Source: Myxococcales bacterium
Lineage (GTDB): Bacteria > Myxococcota_A > Polyangia > Polyangiales > DASUME01
DNA length: 64,000 nucleotides
Assembly: GCA_047601445.1 (NCBI GenBank)
Contig: JASGJH010000001.1
Coordinates: forward strand, 1,024,001-1,088,000
Direction of reading: 5' to 3'
Part shown: piece by piece, positions 53,549 through 62,802 of the stretch
Numbering within the stretch: position 1 is the stretch's first letter
Layout of the letters: each line of letters opens with the position of its first letter
Program-made: the position numbers and the translations under genes
The notes under the pieces: model-generated
Seen by the model: only the letters and a program-made list of their open reading frames with translations
Told to the model about the DNA's origin: nothing
The model's database searches: none

Positions 53549-54829
53549 GTGATCGAACGCCTGCGCCCCAGCGATATTCCGAATGCCGTATCCGAGCTGT
53601 GTCGTGAGCTGGAGAAGCGAGGACACAAGGCCTGGATCGTAGGTGGATGTCTGCGCGACCTCTTGCGCGGCAGGCCCGCCGCCGACTGGGACCTCGCGAC
53701 CAGCGCGCGCCCGGAGCAGGTCCAGGCCACATTCCCACGCGTGTTTCCCACGGGCATTCAGCATGGCACCGTGACGGTGCGGCACCGCGGGCAGAACTAC
53801 GAGGTCACGACCCTGCGCGGGGAGGGCGCCTATAGCGACGGGCGACGTCCGGATTCGGTAGAGTTCGTGGAGAGTATCGAGGCCGACCTCGCGCGCCGGG
53901 ACTTCACCATCAACGCCATGGCCTACGACCCGGTGACAGACAGCCTGGCCGATCCGTTCGGGGGGCTGGTCGATCTCCGCGCGGGCACCATTCGCGCCGT
54001 GGGCCGTGCCGAAGAGCGCTTTTCGGAAGACGGGTTGCGGGTGCTGCGCGCGGCGCGCTTTGCGGCGAGCCTGGAGTTCGAGCTGGCGCCCGACACCGAG
54101 TCCGCGATTCGTCCCACCCTCGAGACGTTTCGCAAGGTCTCCCCGGAGCGCGTGCGCGAGGAGTGGCTCAAGGCGTTCAAGGCCCAAGCGCCCTCGCGGG
54201 CGTTTGCGATCATGGAGCGCACGGGGATCCTGGCGATCACGTTTCCGGCGCTGGCTGCGCTGCCCGCAGCGAGCTGGGGCTGGGCGCTGCACGCGCTGGA
54301 TGCTGCCCCACCTGAGCCCATGATGCGCCTGGCCGCACTGCTGGCGCCGTTGTGGGAGCGGCGTGAGCTGGTCTCGGAATGGCTGCTCGCCTACCGCTTC
54401 TCGAACCAGGAGCGCGAGCGTGTGCTGCGCATGCTGTCCTTTGCGTTCATGGACACCGATCACCTGAGCGACGCCGATGTGCGACGACTGGCGCGCAGTA
54501 TTGGCCGCGAAGCCCTGCACGAGGTAACCGCGCTACACGGGGTGGTAACGGCCGCCCGCGACGGCGAGCATTCCGGGTCCGCCGCGGCCGCCGGCAGGTT
54601 GCAGGAGCGACTTCGCACACTGATCACCGATGAGACGCCGTTGCTGGCCAAGGAGCTGGCGCTGGGCGGCCGCGATCTGATGCAGGGCCTGGGACTCGCG
54701 CCCGGCCCCCAGATCGGCCGCATCATCGAGCATCTGATGGAGCTGGTGCTGGAGGACCCGAGCGCCAACACCAAGGCGTGCCTGTTGGAGCGGGCGCGCA
54801 GCTACGCGGCGCAGCAGGCGGGGGCGTGA
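53549..54829 (+). CDS. cca: CCA tRNA nucleotidyltransferase (class II)
   Basis: VGGCLRD, DWDLAT, EVTTLR..YSDGRRPD loop, DLARRDFTINAM, EDGLR. Confidence 0.88.
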   Translation: MIERLRPSDIPNAVSELCRELEKRGHKAWIVGGCLRDLLRGRPAADWDLATSARPEQVQATFPRVFPTGIQHGTVTVRHRGQNYEVTTLRGEGAYSDGRRPDSVEFVESIEADLARRDFTINAMAYDPVTDSLADPFGGLVDLRAGTIRAVGRAEERFSEDGLRVLRAARFAASLEFELAPDTESAIRPTLETFRKVSPERVREEWLKAFKAQAPSRAFAIMERTGILAITFPALAALPAASWGWALHALDAAPPEPMMRLAALLAPLWERRELVSEWLLAYRFSNQERERVLRMLSFAFMDTDHLSDADVRRLARSIGREALHEVTALHGVVTAARDGEHSGSAAAAGRLQERLRTLITDETPLLAKELALGGRDLMQGLGLAPGPQIGRIIEHLMELVLEDPSANTKACLLERARSYAAQQAGA

Positions 54830-54830
54830 C

Positions 54831-55556
54831 GTGAGCGGCTTTATCGATCTGCACCTGCACATCGTGCCCAGCGTCGACGACGGCGTCCGCTCGCTCGACG
54901 AGTCGCTCGCGGTTTGTCGCGGGCTCAAGCAGCTCGGTTTCGATCATCTGGTGACCACCCCGCACATTCGCAGCGGCATGTTCGAGAACCGCAAGGCGAG
55001 CCTCACCCAGGCCTTTCAGGAGTTCCTCGCGCATGCGGCCGGGCAACCCGGCATGCCGGCCCTGAGCCTCTCGGCCGAACACCACTGCGACGCGCTCTTT
55101 CTCGAGCTTTTTCAGCGTGGCGAGCTCCTGCCTTACCCCGGAGGACGCGCGCTGCTGCTGGAGTTCGCCAACGAGTCACTTCCGCTCGGGATCCAGGACT
55201 TGGCCTTCAAGCTGCGTCTCAAGGGGCTCACTCCGGTGGTGGCCCATCCCGAGCGCTACGTGCCCCTGTTCAAACGCACGGATCCCATCGACGCTTTGCT
55301 CGAGCAAGACGTGGCCTTTCAGCTCGACCTGATGGCCCTGGTGGGGAAGTATGGTCGGCACGCGCGAAACGCGGCCGAGCGCATGTTGGAAGAGGGCGTC
55401 TACGCGATCGCAGCGAGCGACTGCCATCGCCCGGACGATCTAGCCCGGACTCAAGAGGCCCTCGAGCGCCTGGTGCAGCTGGTGGGGAAGAACGAGGCGC
55501 AGCTTCTGTTGGCCGACAACCCGGCCCGCTTGTTGGCAGGCAAGGCTGTGCAGTGA
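54831..55556 (+). CDS. PHP-family tyrosine-protein phosphatase (CpsB/YwqE-like)
   Basis: DLHLHIVPSVDDG, TTPH, AHPERY, ASDCH. Confidence 0.9.
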   Translation: MSGFIDLHLHIVPSVDDGVRSLDESLAVCRGLKQLGFDHLVTTPHIRSGMFENRKASLTQAFQEFLAHAAGQPGMPALSLSAEHHCDALFLELFQRGELLPYPGGRALLLEFANESLPLGIQDLAFKLRLKGLTPVVAHPERYVPLFKRTDPIDALLEQDVAFQLDLMALVGKYGRHARNAAERMLEEGVYAIAASDCHRPDDLARTQEALERLVQLVGKNEAQLLLADNPARLLAGKAVQ

Positions 55557-56602
55557 GCGCCACGAATTCCGCAGCTCCTCGCGCTCCGAGCGTGCTGCCC
55601 AAACTGCTCGTGTCGTTGCTGCTGGGCGGCGTGTTCGCTTGGATCGCCGAGCGTGGCGGTGTCCCGATCGTTCCCCATGCCGAGAGCTTTCGCGGGGTCG
55701 ACTGGGGGCTCGTGGCGGGGGCGACGCTCTTGTTGTTCGTGCTGACGCTGCTGCGGGCCACACGCTGGCGCTTCTTGATCGCCCCGGTGAAGCGACTGCC
55801 CTTGCGGGAAGTCATCCTGGTGAACTGGGTGGGGTTCTTCGCGATCTTCGCGCTGCCGTTGCGGCTCGGAGAGTTCGTGCGACCGGGCTTGAGCAAGCTG
55901 CGCAGCGGGATTCCCGTCTCCGTGGGTCTCGGGACGGTGGCGGTCGAACGCGTGCTCGATGGCACCATCACGAGCTTGTGCGTTGCCTGGGCGCTGTGGG
56001 CGCTGCCGAGGATTCCCACCACGGATCCCGTCGCCCGCGCCGTTCCCTACTACACGGGAGCCGTCCTCGCGGTGTTCGCGTGCGCGATGACGGCCTTGCT
56101 GGCGTTCCTGTGGCAGCGCGATCTGGCCGTGCGCCTGACCGAGCGCATGGTGGGGCTGGTCTCGCCTCGGCTCGGACAGCTGCTGGCGGCCAAGGTGGAC
56201 GGCGTTGCGCACGGCATCCGCTCGTTGGGAGACGCGCGCCTGACGGCGGCGTTTACGGCCGAGAGCCTGGCCTACTGGGGTATCAACGCCTGTTTCATGT
56301 GGGTGCTCGGGATCGCCTCGGGCTTGCCCATGCAGCTGGGCCACGCGGTCGCGGTGATGGGGGTGCTGGCTCTGGGCATCCTGCTGCCGAGCGGTCCAGG
56401 CCTGTTCGGAAGCTTTCAGGTGGCGGTATCCGCGGCGCTGAAGCTTTATTTCCCGGCGGAGCTGGTGAGCCGTCAGGGCTCGGTGTTCGTGTTCCTGCTG
56501 TATGTGCTCAACGCTCTCATGATGGTGGCCATCGGCGTGGTGCCTCTTTTGCGCATGAAACTGCGGTTCGCCGACCTCATCCGGCAGGGCGAGGACCTCT
56601 AG
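55553..56602 (+). CDS. Flippase-like membrane protein (lysylphosphatidylglycerol synthase TM/UPF0104)
   Basis: LRATRWRFL, LPLRLGE..R, VERVLD, PSGPG..G; GTG overlaps the upstream stop. Confidence 0.85.
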   Translation: MSATNSAAPRAPSVLPKLLVSLLLGGVFAWIAERGGVPIVPHAESFRGVDWGLVAGATLLLFVLTLLRATRWRFLIAPVKRLPLREVILVNWVGFFAIFALPLRLGEFVRPGLSKLRSGIPVSVGLGTVAVERVLDGTITSLCVAWALWALPRIPTTDPVARAVPYYTGAVLAVFACAMTALLAFLWQRDLAVRLTERMVGLVSPRLGQLLAAKVDGVAHGIRSLGDARLTAAFTAESLAYWGINACFMWVLGIASGLPMQLGHAVAVMGVLALGILLPSGPGLFGSFQVAVSAALKLYFPAELVSRQGSVFVFLLYVLNALMMVAIGVVPLLRMKLRFADLIRQGEDL

Positions 56603-56662
56603 AGGTCCTCTAAGGGACGTCGGTTTCTGGATTCGCGCGGGCTGCTTGGATAGGGTCCGGCT

Positions 56663-57139
56663 GTGCAGAAGCGTTGGCTCGGAGCGCTGGTGTGCGCACT
56701 CCTCGTGTTCCCCGTGGGCGCCCAGGCGCGCAAGCAGGGCGAGCTCATCTACGGCTTCGATCAGGTCTGGAACGCAGCGCTGCGCATGGTCCGCGTGGAC
56801 CTACGGTTGCCGGTGACCGACCGCGACCAGGACGCGGGCTATCTGCTGTTCGACTATGTCGACCACGGCAAGCGCTACGCTGGCAGTATCGAGCTGGTGC
56901 GTGCCGAGCGAGATCGGCGTCCCGCCACGAAGGCCGTGGTGCAGGTGCAGGGCATGCCCGCTTACGTGGAGCAAATGCTGCTCGAGCGCCTAGGTCGCAA
57001 GCTGCGCGAGGAATACGGCGAGCCGCTGCAGCCGACCAAGCCGGACGAGAAGCCCCCGGCGGAGAAGCCTCCGGCCAAGGAGCCGGGCACCGGTGATGAG
57101 GCTCCCGCCGAGCCGAGTACCGATTTTTCGGGCAACTGA
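56663..57139 (+). CDS. Hypothetical exported protein
   Basis: Signal peptide (AQA-R), host codon usage, Pro/Glu tail. Confidence 0.7.
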   Translation: MQKRWLGALVCALLVFPVGAQARKQGELIYGFDQVWNAALRMVRVDLRLPVTDRDQDAGYLLFDYVDHGKRYAGSIELVRAERDRRPATKAVVQVQGMPAYVEQMLLERLGRKLREEYGEPLQPTKPDEKPPAEKPPAKEPGTGDEAPAEPSTDFSGN

Positions 57140-57174
57140 CGCAACCTCCGCGAGCGCTGGCCGATAGAGCACGG

Positions 57175-57639
57175 GTGCAGCTGAGTGCTCGGGCAAAAAA
57201 CGCGCTGGTGGCATGGGTGGCCCTGATCGCTGCGGTGACCCTGGCTCGACGCGAGCCCACCTTGGCCCGTGAACGGGCTGCGCCGCCGAAGGTGGCTGTG
57301 CTTCCGGGCGCGCAAGCGGCAGCGCTCCGCGACGGACAGGGCATCGACCCCAATCGCGCCACCGCGGCAGAGTTCGAGCTTTTGCCAGGGGTGGGCCCGA
57401 GCCTCGCGCGACGTTTGGTCGAGGCACGTACGGCCCAGGGGCCCTTCCGCTCGGCCCAGGATCTGCGGCGGGTGAAGGGCGTCGGCGTGAAGACCTTGGC
57501 CCGCTTCGAGCGTTTTCTGCGCTTCGGATCAGAACAGGTCGAACATCCGACTGCACCGCAGCTGGGCCTCGTTGGCGCTGGCCACGTTCCCGGGCTCGAG
57601 GATGATCCCAATGCGGACGTCGAGGCCCACGCTCCATGA
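57175..57639 (+). CDS. comEA: ComEA-like helix-hairpin-helix DNA-binding protein
   Basis: IDPNRATAAEFELLPGVGPSLA...GPFRS..DLRRVKGVG; N-terminal TM segment. Confidence 0.85.
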   Translation: MQLSARAKNALVAWVALIAAVTLARREPTLARERAAPPKVAVLPGAQAAALRDGQGIDPNRATAAEFELLPGVGPSLARRLVEARTAQGPFRSAQDLRRVKGVGVKTLARFERFLRFGSEQVEHPTAPQLGLVGAGHVPGLEDDPNADVEAHAP

Positions 57640-58074
57640 GCGCGACCATAGATAGTCCAGGCCCAGCAAAATGTGGGCGCCGGGGCGGGCCTCGAAGGCA
57701 TCGTCGAGCTTGCTGCGGTACAGCCACAGGTTCGCGCCGACGCCGAAGAAGGGCACCACTCGCAGCACGTCGAGCAGGTAAGCAGCTTCTAGCCGCACGC
57801 GACCGACCTGCTGGGCTTTTCCGTCCCCGAACAAGGGGAGATAGCCGCCCTGGGCCCGCAAGAAGAAGAGATCCGACAGTCCCAGCGCACCCCCCGCGCT
57901 CACCTCGGGACCGCCCCTGGCCAGGGTCTCCGCGCCGGCCGTGAGCGCTCCTCCCACGGCCAAGTCGAGACTCGCCTGGTCCTCGTAGGCGCGCGCGGAG
58001 CCTGACCAGGCACAGCACCAAAGCGCCACTACGAGCGCGGAGCCGATTCGGAAAGCCTTGCAATGGCGGGCCAT
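57529..58074 (-). CDS. Small outer-membrane beta-barrel protein
   Basis: Signal peptide (ARA-Y), amphipathic strands (YLLDVLRVVPFFGVG, LGLDYL), C-terminal Phe. Confidence 0.7.
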   Translation of the reverse strand: MARHCKAFRIGSALVVALWCCAWSGSARAYEDQASLDLAVGGALTAGAETLARGGPEVSAGGALGLSDLFFLRAQGGYLPLFGDGKAQQVGRVRLEAAYLLDVLRVVPFFGVGANLWLYRSKLDDAFEARPGAHILLGLDYLWSRSWSVGLDVRIGIILEPGNVASANEAQLRCSRMFDLF

Positions 58075-58115
58075 TGGAGCTCGATAACACGCTCGTTTCG
58101 GCGCGCCAACCGGCG

Positions 58116-58143
58116 TTGACTCGGGGGGCCGCGAAGGTATATT
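58116..58143 (+). promoter_or_regulatory. Sigma70-like promoter
   Basis: TTGACT-N16-TATATT about 60 nt upstream of ATG 58203. Confidence 0.55.
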
Positions 58144-58202
58144 CGACCCCCTTTTCCCGGCGCATTTCAGAGCGCCCCTAACACCTGGTAGCGAGCAGCA
58201 GC

Positions 58203-59324
58203 ATGGGCGAAGACAACAACCTGGAGCCCGAGCGTACCGAGCCCGAGCGCAATACCCCGGAGCCGGAACCCGAAGAAGCCTCTGCGAGCGCCGGCGAATC
58301 GGGCGCGCCGAGTCCGGCCGCACCCGCGTCGAGTGGGAGCGCGAAGGGCATGACGCCGGGACAGCGTTTGGCGGCGAAGAAGGCCCAGAAGGCCGTCGAG
58401 AAGCGCGAGTTCAAGGACGAGCTCAAGCGCAAGGAAGAGGAGACGCGGGCCGAGGAGCAGGCCGAAGCAGAACGCTTCCTGGCTCCGCCGCGCGAACCCG
58501 CGCTGCCTGATGAGGTCCAGAAGGTCGCTGGCGACTTCACTGACTTCGTGCAGCACAACCGCGGGCGCATCACGGGTGGCATCGCCGCCGTGGTCATCGG
58601 CGCCCTGGCGTTCATCGGCATCCGCGCGCAGCTGCGTACGGGATCTGCCGAACAGGCGGGCCTCTTGGCCGCGGCGCTCGAGACCGGTAGCGCCCAGATC
58701 GACGCCGAAGACACCGACGGCAAGACCGACGATGGCAAGCCCGTCTTCAAGTCGCGCGAGGACCGCGAGAAGAAGGCTGCCGAAGCCTTCGCCGTGGCCG
58801 CCAAGAACAGCCCGGACAGCCTGGCTGCGGCCTGGGCGCAGCTTGGAGAGGCAGCGCAGCAAGTGGCGGGCGGTGAAGCCGCCAAGGCGGAGCCGCTCTA
58901 CAAGAACGTCTATCAGAACCACGCCGATCAGCCGCTGCTGAAGGCCCGCGCGCTCGAAGGCCTCGCGCTGACTGCCGAGGCTCAGGGCAAGCCCGATGAA
59001 GCGCTCAAGCGCTACGAGGAGCTCAAGGCGGCCGACAAGGACTTTGCCGAGTATCACATCGCCCGCCTCAAGCTCGAGAAGGGGGACCGTGAGGGCGCCA
59101 AGACCTTGCTCAAGGGCGTCTACGATCGCCTGAGCGATCGCACCGATGGGGCACCGCCGAGTCGCTTCCTCAAGGGAGAGGTGGAGGTTCGCCTGGCCGA
59201 GCTCGACAGCTCGCTGGTGGACAAGGGCACGAGCGGAGAGGGCGGGCAGCAGTTCTCGCCGGAAGAGTTGCAGCGCCTGCTCGAGCAACTTCGCCAGCAA
59301 GGCGGAGCCGGCGGCGCCGAATGA
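58203..59324 (+). CDS. YfgM-like single-TM TPR protein
   Basis: Charged N-terminus, TM GIAAVVIGALAFIGI, TPR-like helices; upstream of a BamB-like gene. Confidence 0.75.
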   Translation: MGEDNNLEPERTEPERNTPEPEPEEASASAGESGAPSPAAPASSGSAKGMTPGQRLAAKKAQKAVEKREFKDELKRKEEETRAEEQAEAERFLAPPREPALPDEVQKVAGDFTDFVQHNRGRITGGIAAVVIGALAFIGIRAQLRTGSAEQAGLLAAALETGSAQIDAEDTDGKTDDGKPVFKSREDREKKAAEAFAVAAKNSPDSLAAAWAQLGEAAQQVAGGEAAKAEPLYKNVYQNHADQPLLKARALEGLALTAEAQGKPDEALKRYEELKAADKDFAEYHIARLKLEKGDREGAKTLLKGVYDRLSDRTDGAPPSRFLKGEVEVRLAELDSSLVDKGTSGEGGQQFSPEELQRLLEQLRQQGGAGGAE

Positions 59325-60571
59325 GGCGGCAGGCCCTTGGTTTGCTGGCAGCCGCACACCTGGCGGGGCTTTGCGCCTGTGGGTCGGGTGCCAGCATCGG
59401 CAAGGGCAACTACGGCTGGGTCGGCGTCGGCAACCAGGGTTCCGTGCCGGAGGGTAAGGGAGCCCTGCGGGTCCACTGGACGCGCCAGCTCACCCAGCCA
59501 GCGCGCGGCGCGTACCGCCCGGTGGAGAACGCGGTCGCGGCCATCGACAACCAGCATGCACGCATCTACGTGGGCGCCGAGTCGGGCAACTTGCATGCGA
59601 TGGGCTTCGACGGACGAGCCCTCTACCGCTTCGAGCTGCACGAGCCCATCGAGTGCGAGCCTGCGCTCGATCCCGTGAAGCAGGAGCTCTACGTCGGCAC
59701 CGAGCGCGGCGAGTTCTACGCCATCGCTGCGGAGAAGGGCGGGATCCTCTGGAAGAAGGAGGGCGACGCAGCCATCCGTCAGCGGCCCGTATTGCTGCCC
59801 GACGCGGTGATCGTGATCACCGAGGAAGACGCCATCGAGGCCTATGCGCGGGCCGACGGGAAGATGCTGTGGCGCTACGCCCGTGAGCCCCAGGAGGGCT
59901 TCTTGGTGGCGGGGCATTCAGGGATGACCCTCACCGAAGACAATCGTCTGTTGGCAGGGTTCAACGACGGCCTGGTGGTGTCGCTCGACGCGCTCGATGG
60001 CACGGTGAAATGGGAGCGCAATACCTCGCTCGAGGTCCCAGAGACCGAGCCGGGTCGTCCGCGCTACATCGATGTGGACACCACTCCTGCCATTATCGGC
60101 GAGCAAGTATTCGTGGCGTCCTTCGGCGGCGGCCTATACGCGCTCGACCTCAACAACGGCAGCGTGCTGTGGCGTGAGCCCGATTGGACGGGCATCACGA
60201 GCTTGGTCGCCACTCCCGACGACGCGCTGATCCTCGTCTCGGCCGATCGCGGCGTCGTGCGCTTCGACGTGAATCAGCGCGCGGCTGTCTGGCAGAAGTC
60301 CTTGGAGCGCGGCTCCTTTGGCGTGCCAGAGCTGTTCCAGGGCATGGTGCTGATCGGCGACAGTCGCGGCTCTCTGGTAGCCCTCGACACACTCACGGGA
60401 GACGAATTGGGGCGCATCGACTCGGGGCACGGCTTCGTGGCGCGCGCGAACTTGCAGGAAGACGGTCGTGGGTTCGTGGTGACCAACGGTGGCGTGCTGC
60501 TCGGGATGCGCGTGGTGAACCCGATCGGCACGCCCGTGCCGGACCCGGTCGCCTCGTCCGTGCCGGACTAG
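59321..60571 (+). CDS. BamB-like PQQ beta-propeller lipoprotein
   Basis: Lipobox LCAC; repeated ALD..G..LW motifs; DVDTTP. Confidence 0.82.
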   Translation: MRRQALGLLAAAHLAGLCACGSGASIGKGNYGWVGVGNQGSVPEGKGALRVHWTRQLTQPARGAYRPVENAVAAIDNQHARIYVGAESGNLHAMGFDGRALYRFELHEPIECEPALDPVKQELYVGTERGEFYAIAAEKGGILWKKEGDAAIRQRPVLLPDAVIVITEEDAIEAYARADGKMLWRYAREPQEGFLVAGHSGMTLTEDNRLLAGFNDGLVVSLDALDGTVKWERNTSLEVPETEPGRPRYIDVDTTPAIIGEQVFVASFGGGLYALDLNNGSVLWREPDWTGITSLVATPDDALILVSADRGVVRFDVNQRAAVWQKSLERGSFGVPELFQGMVLIGDSRGSLVALDTLTGDELGRIDSGHGFVARANLQEDGRGFVVTNGGVLLGMRVVNPIGTPVPDPVASSVPD

Positions 60572-60575
60572 CGAG

Positions 60576-61208
60576 CTAGAAGCGCGAGTTGCGCAGCGGA
60601 AACGAACGCCCGCAGGTTGGACATACGAGCGCGGCCTGACTCTCGAGCTCGCGGAAGAAGTCCGGCTTGGCCTTGCAGTGTGGACAGGCGGACTGAGCAG
60701 GGATGAAACACGGCTCGTTGCGCGTGCAGGCGGGTGGAACCGCCCAGACCCCGTAGCTCGGGGCTGGCATCGCCACGTGGGGGCCGCGCACCGGCGGCGC
60801 CTCGCGCACGTAGAGCTCCACTTCGCGTTCATTCGGGACGATCCAGATGGCGCGCTCCTCGTGCTCGGGAAACGGAGAGCCGAGGCCTGCACGCTGAATC
60901 AGGCCGACTTGGGCGCCGACTGCACGGGTGGCACCCATCAGCCGCATGAGGTGGTGCACGACCGGCGCCGCCAAGCCGAATGGGTATTCGTGGTGACGAC
61001 AGCGCGCGAGGTGCCAGAGCTCGAACCGCCCCGGTCTCAGTCGTACGTCGCAGGGCTGAAGCGCGATGTGCGCCACGAGCTTGGCGGCGCGGGCGTCGTG
61101 AGGGGGGCGCATGCCGCCGTTCAGGACCGCTTGCAGCTGGGGCCAGGCCTGCTCGGGAGCTGCCGCGTCAATCGTGTCGCCGACGACGTTAGAGAGCCGA
61201 GTCGACAC
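60576..61208 (-). CDS. Hypothetical protein with C-terminal zinc ribbon
   Basis: CPHC-x15-CPTCGRS at the C-terminus. Confidence 0.55.
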   Translation of the reverse strand: MSTRLSNVVGDTIDAAAPEQAWPQLQAVLNGGMRPPHDARAAKLVAHIALQPCDVRLRPGRFELWHLARCRHHEYPFGLAAPVVHHLMRLMGATRAVGAQVGLIQRAGLGSPFPEHEERAIWIVPNEREVELYVREAPPVRGPHVAMPAPSYGVWAVPPACTRNEPCFIPAQSACPHCKAKPDFFRELESQAALVCPTCGRSFPLRNSRF

Positions 61209-61369
61209 CGCGAGCCTCCGACGCTTGGACCGAGAACCATCAGGTTGTGCGCCCGTGCGCTTTCGGAGTCAACTCGTCGCGAGACTCGAAGAGCGCGTGG
61301 CGGCGCGTTGCTTCGTCGCACGAAACCCTGGTTTTCGCCGGCGTGTCGAAGACTTGTCCGCGCTGCAAC

Positions 61370-62488
61370 TCAGCGCCGCGCAGCGAGCAGCGTGGGCGTG
61401 CGCTCGCAGGGATCGGCGCTCGCTGCAGTGGGCAAAAGCCCGTGCTCCTCGAGGTAGCGCCTGACGTAGCCCACCATGCGTTCTTCGGAGCAATACTCAC
61501 GCGCGAAGGCGAAGGCTTTTCGGCTGAGCACCGCGCAGAAGATGGCGTCCTCCCATAGCTGCAGCACCGCGTTCGCCATGCTCACGGGATCGCGGGGTGC
61601 CACGCGCAGCGCGGTCTCGCCGTGCACGGTGTAGTCATGGATGCCGGTGGAGTCCGTGATGATGAGCGGCTTCTTGAGATGCATGGCGTTGACCAGGCTC
61701 ACGTGTCCGCAGGGCACCTCGGCGGAAGCGAGCGGACACACCATGAACCTGGAGCCGAACAGGATGTCCAGGGCACGCTGGCCACCGACATTGCATTCGA
61801 TGTGCACGTTTGGAGGGGGCTTGAGCCCGAGCATGTTTTCTGGCCGCACCACGCAGACGTAGGGCACGTGCGGCGTCATCGCTGCAGCGCGCATCAGCGT
61901 GGCGTAGTCCCGGCCGTTGCCTCCGATAGCGCAGACGTAGGCTTGCTCGCCGCGCGCCACGGCCTCGGGCGAGGGCGTCGGAGCCCGCACCGCCCAGTGC
62001 ACCATGTCGATGCGCTCGAGGGGAATCTCGAAATACTCGGAGTAGAGCGCGCGTTCGACCGTCGAGTGGACCACGAACCTGTCGACGTGTCGGAAGGCGC
62101 GGCGCATGGCCAGGGCGCGCGGGCCACGGGGCAAGCTGACGAGGTTGAACGCGAACGCAAGATGCCGCGCGCTCGGGCGCGTGACGCGCGCAGCCTCTTC
62201 GAACCACCAAGTCAGAAGCGGGCCGTGGGTGACCACGAGATCGGCGCGCTGACGGGCGGCGTGCCAGGCGACACGCGAGGCCTCCACGTAGCGGCGCACG
62301 CGAGGCTTCGCGAGCCGGCCGAGCCATCCCCGAGGTCGCGTGTAGAAGAACGTCCAGTCGAGCGCGTCGGGTGCGAGCTCGTCCCGATACCAGTGCCAAC
62401 CCTCGTTGGGTTCCTCGGAGTAGTTCAAGATCCGGGGCCTCTCGCGTTCCGGGTTGGCGTGCGAGAAGCGACGTGCGGGTGAGCTCAC
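61370..62488 (-). CDS. Glycosyltransferase, GT4-like
   Basis: FVVHS..E, AIGGNGRDY, AMHLKKPLII, DYTVHGETA. Confidence 0.8.
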   Translation of the reverse strand: MSSPARRFSHANPERERPRILNYSEEPNEGWHWYRDELAPDALDWTFFYTRPRGWLGRLAKPRVRRYVEASRVAWHAARQRADLVVTHGPLLTWWFEEAARVTRPSARHLAFAFNLVSLPRGPRALAMRRAFRHVDRFVVHSTVERALYSEYFEIPLERIDMVHWAVRAPTPSPEAVARGEQAYVCAIGGNGRDYATLMRAAAMTPHVPYVCVVRPENMLGLKPPPNVHIECNVGGQRALDILFGSRFMVCPLASAEVPCGHVSLVNAMHLKKPLIITDSTGIHDYTVHGETALRVAPRDPVSMANAVLQLWEDAIFCAVLSRKAFAFAREYCSEERMVGYVRRYLEEHGLLPTAASADPCERTPTLLAARR

Positions 62489-62802
62489 GGGCGTCCTTTC
62501 GGAGGCACTGCCGAGCTAGTTCACGCGCTGGCGAGCGTCCCCGTCAACCTCGTTATCCACGTGGCACCGCGCACATTCCAAGCCGGGAGCCCCCGCGGAG
62601 GCCCGTCGCCGTTGTGAACGCGAGGCGTTCTCACGAATCGAGCGGCGTATGCGCTGGGGCGATGCGCGAAAACACACGCCCCGGCAAGCGCTGCTGCGTC
62701 CCAGGTTGCGGCGCGCAAATCGGCTTCGAAATAAAGGTGGGCGGGCGAGCACACCATGAGGCGATGGGCGCGGCGCGCTGCGGAGGTTCCGTGACCTCCG
62801 CG

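Noticed and set aside
62553..62561. TTATCCACG, a DnaA-box-like sequence
   Set aside because: Single imperfect copy with no box cluster or origin context.
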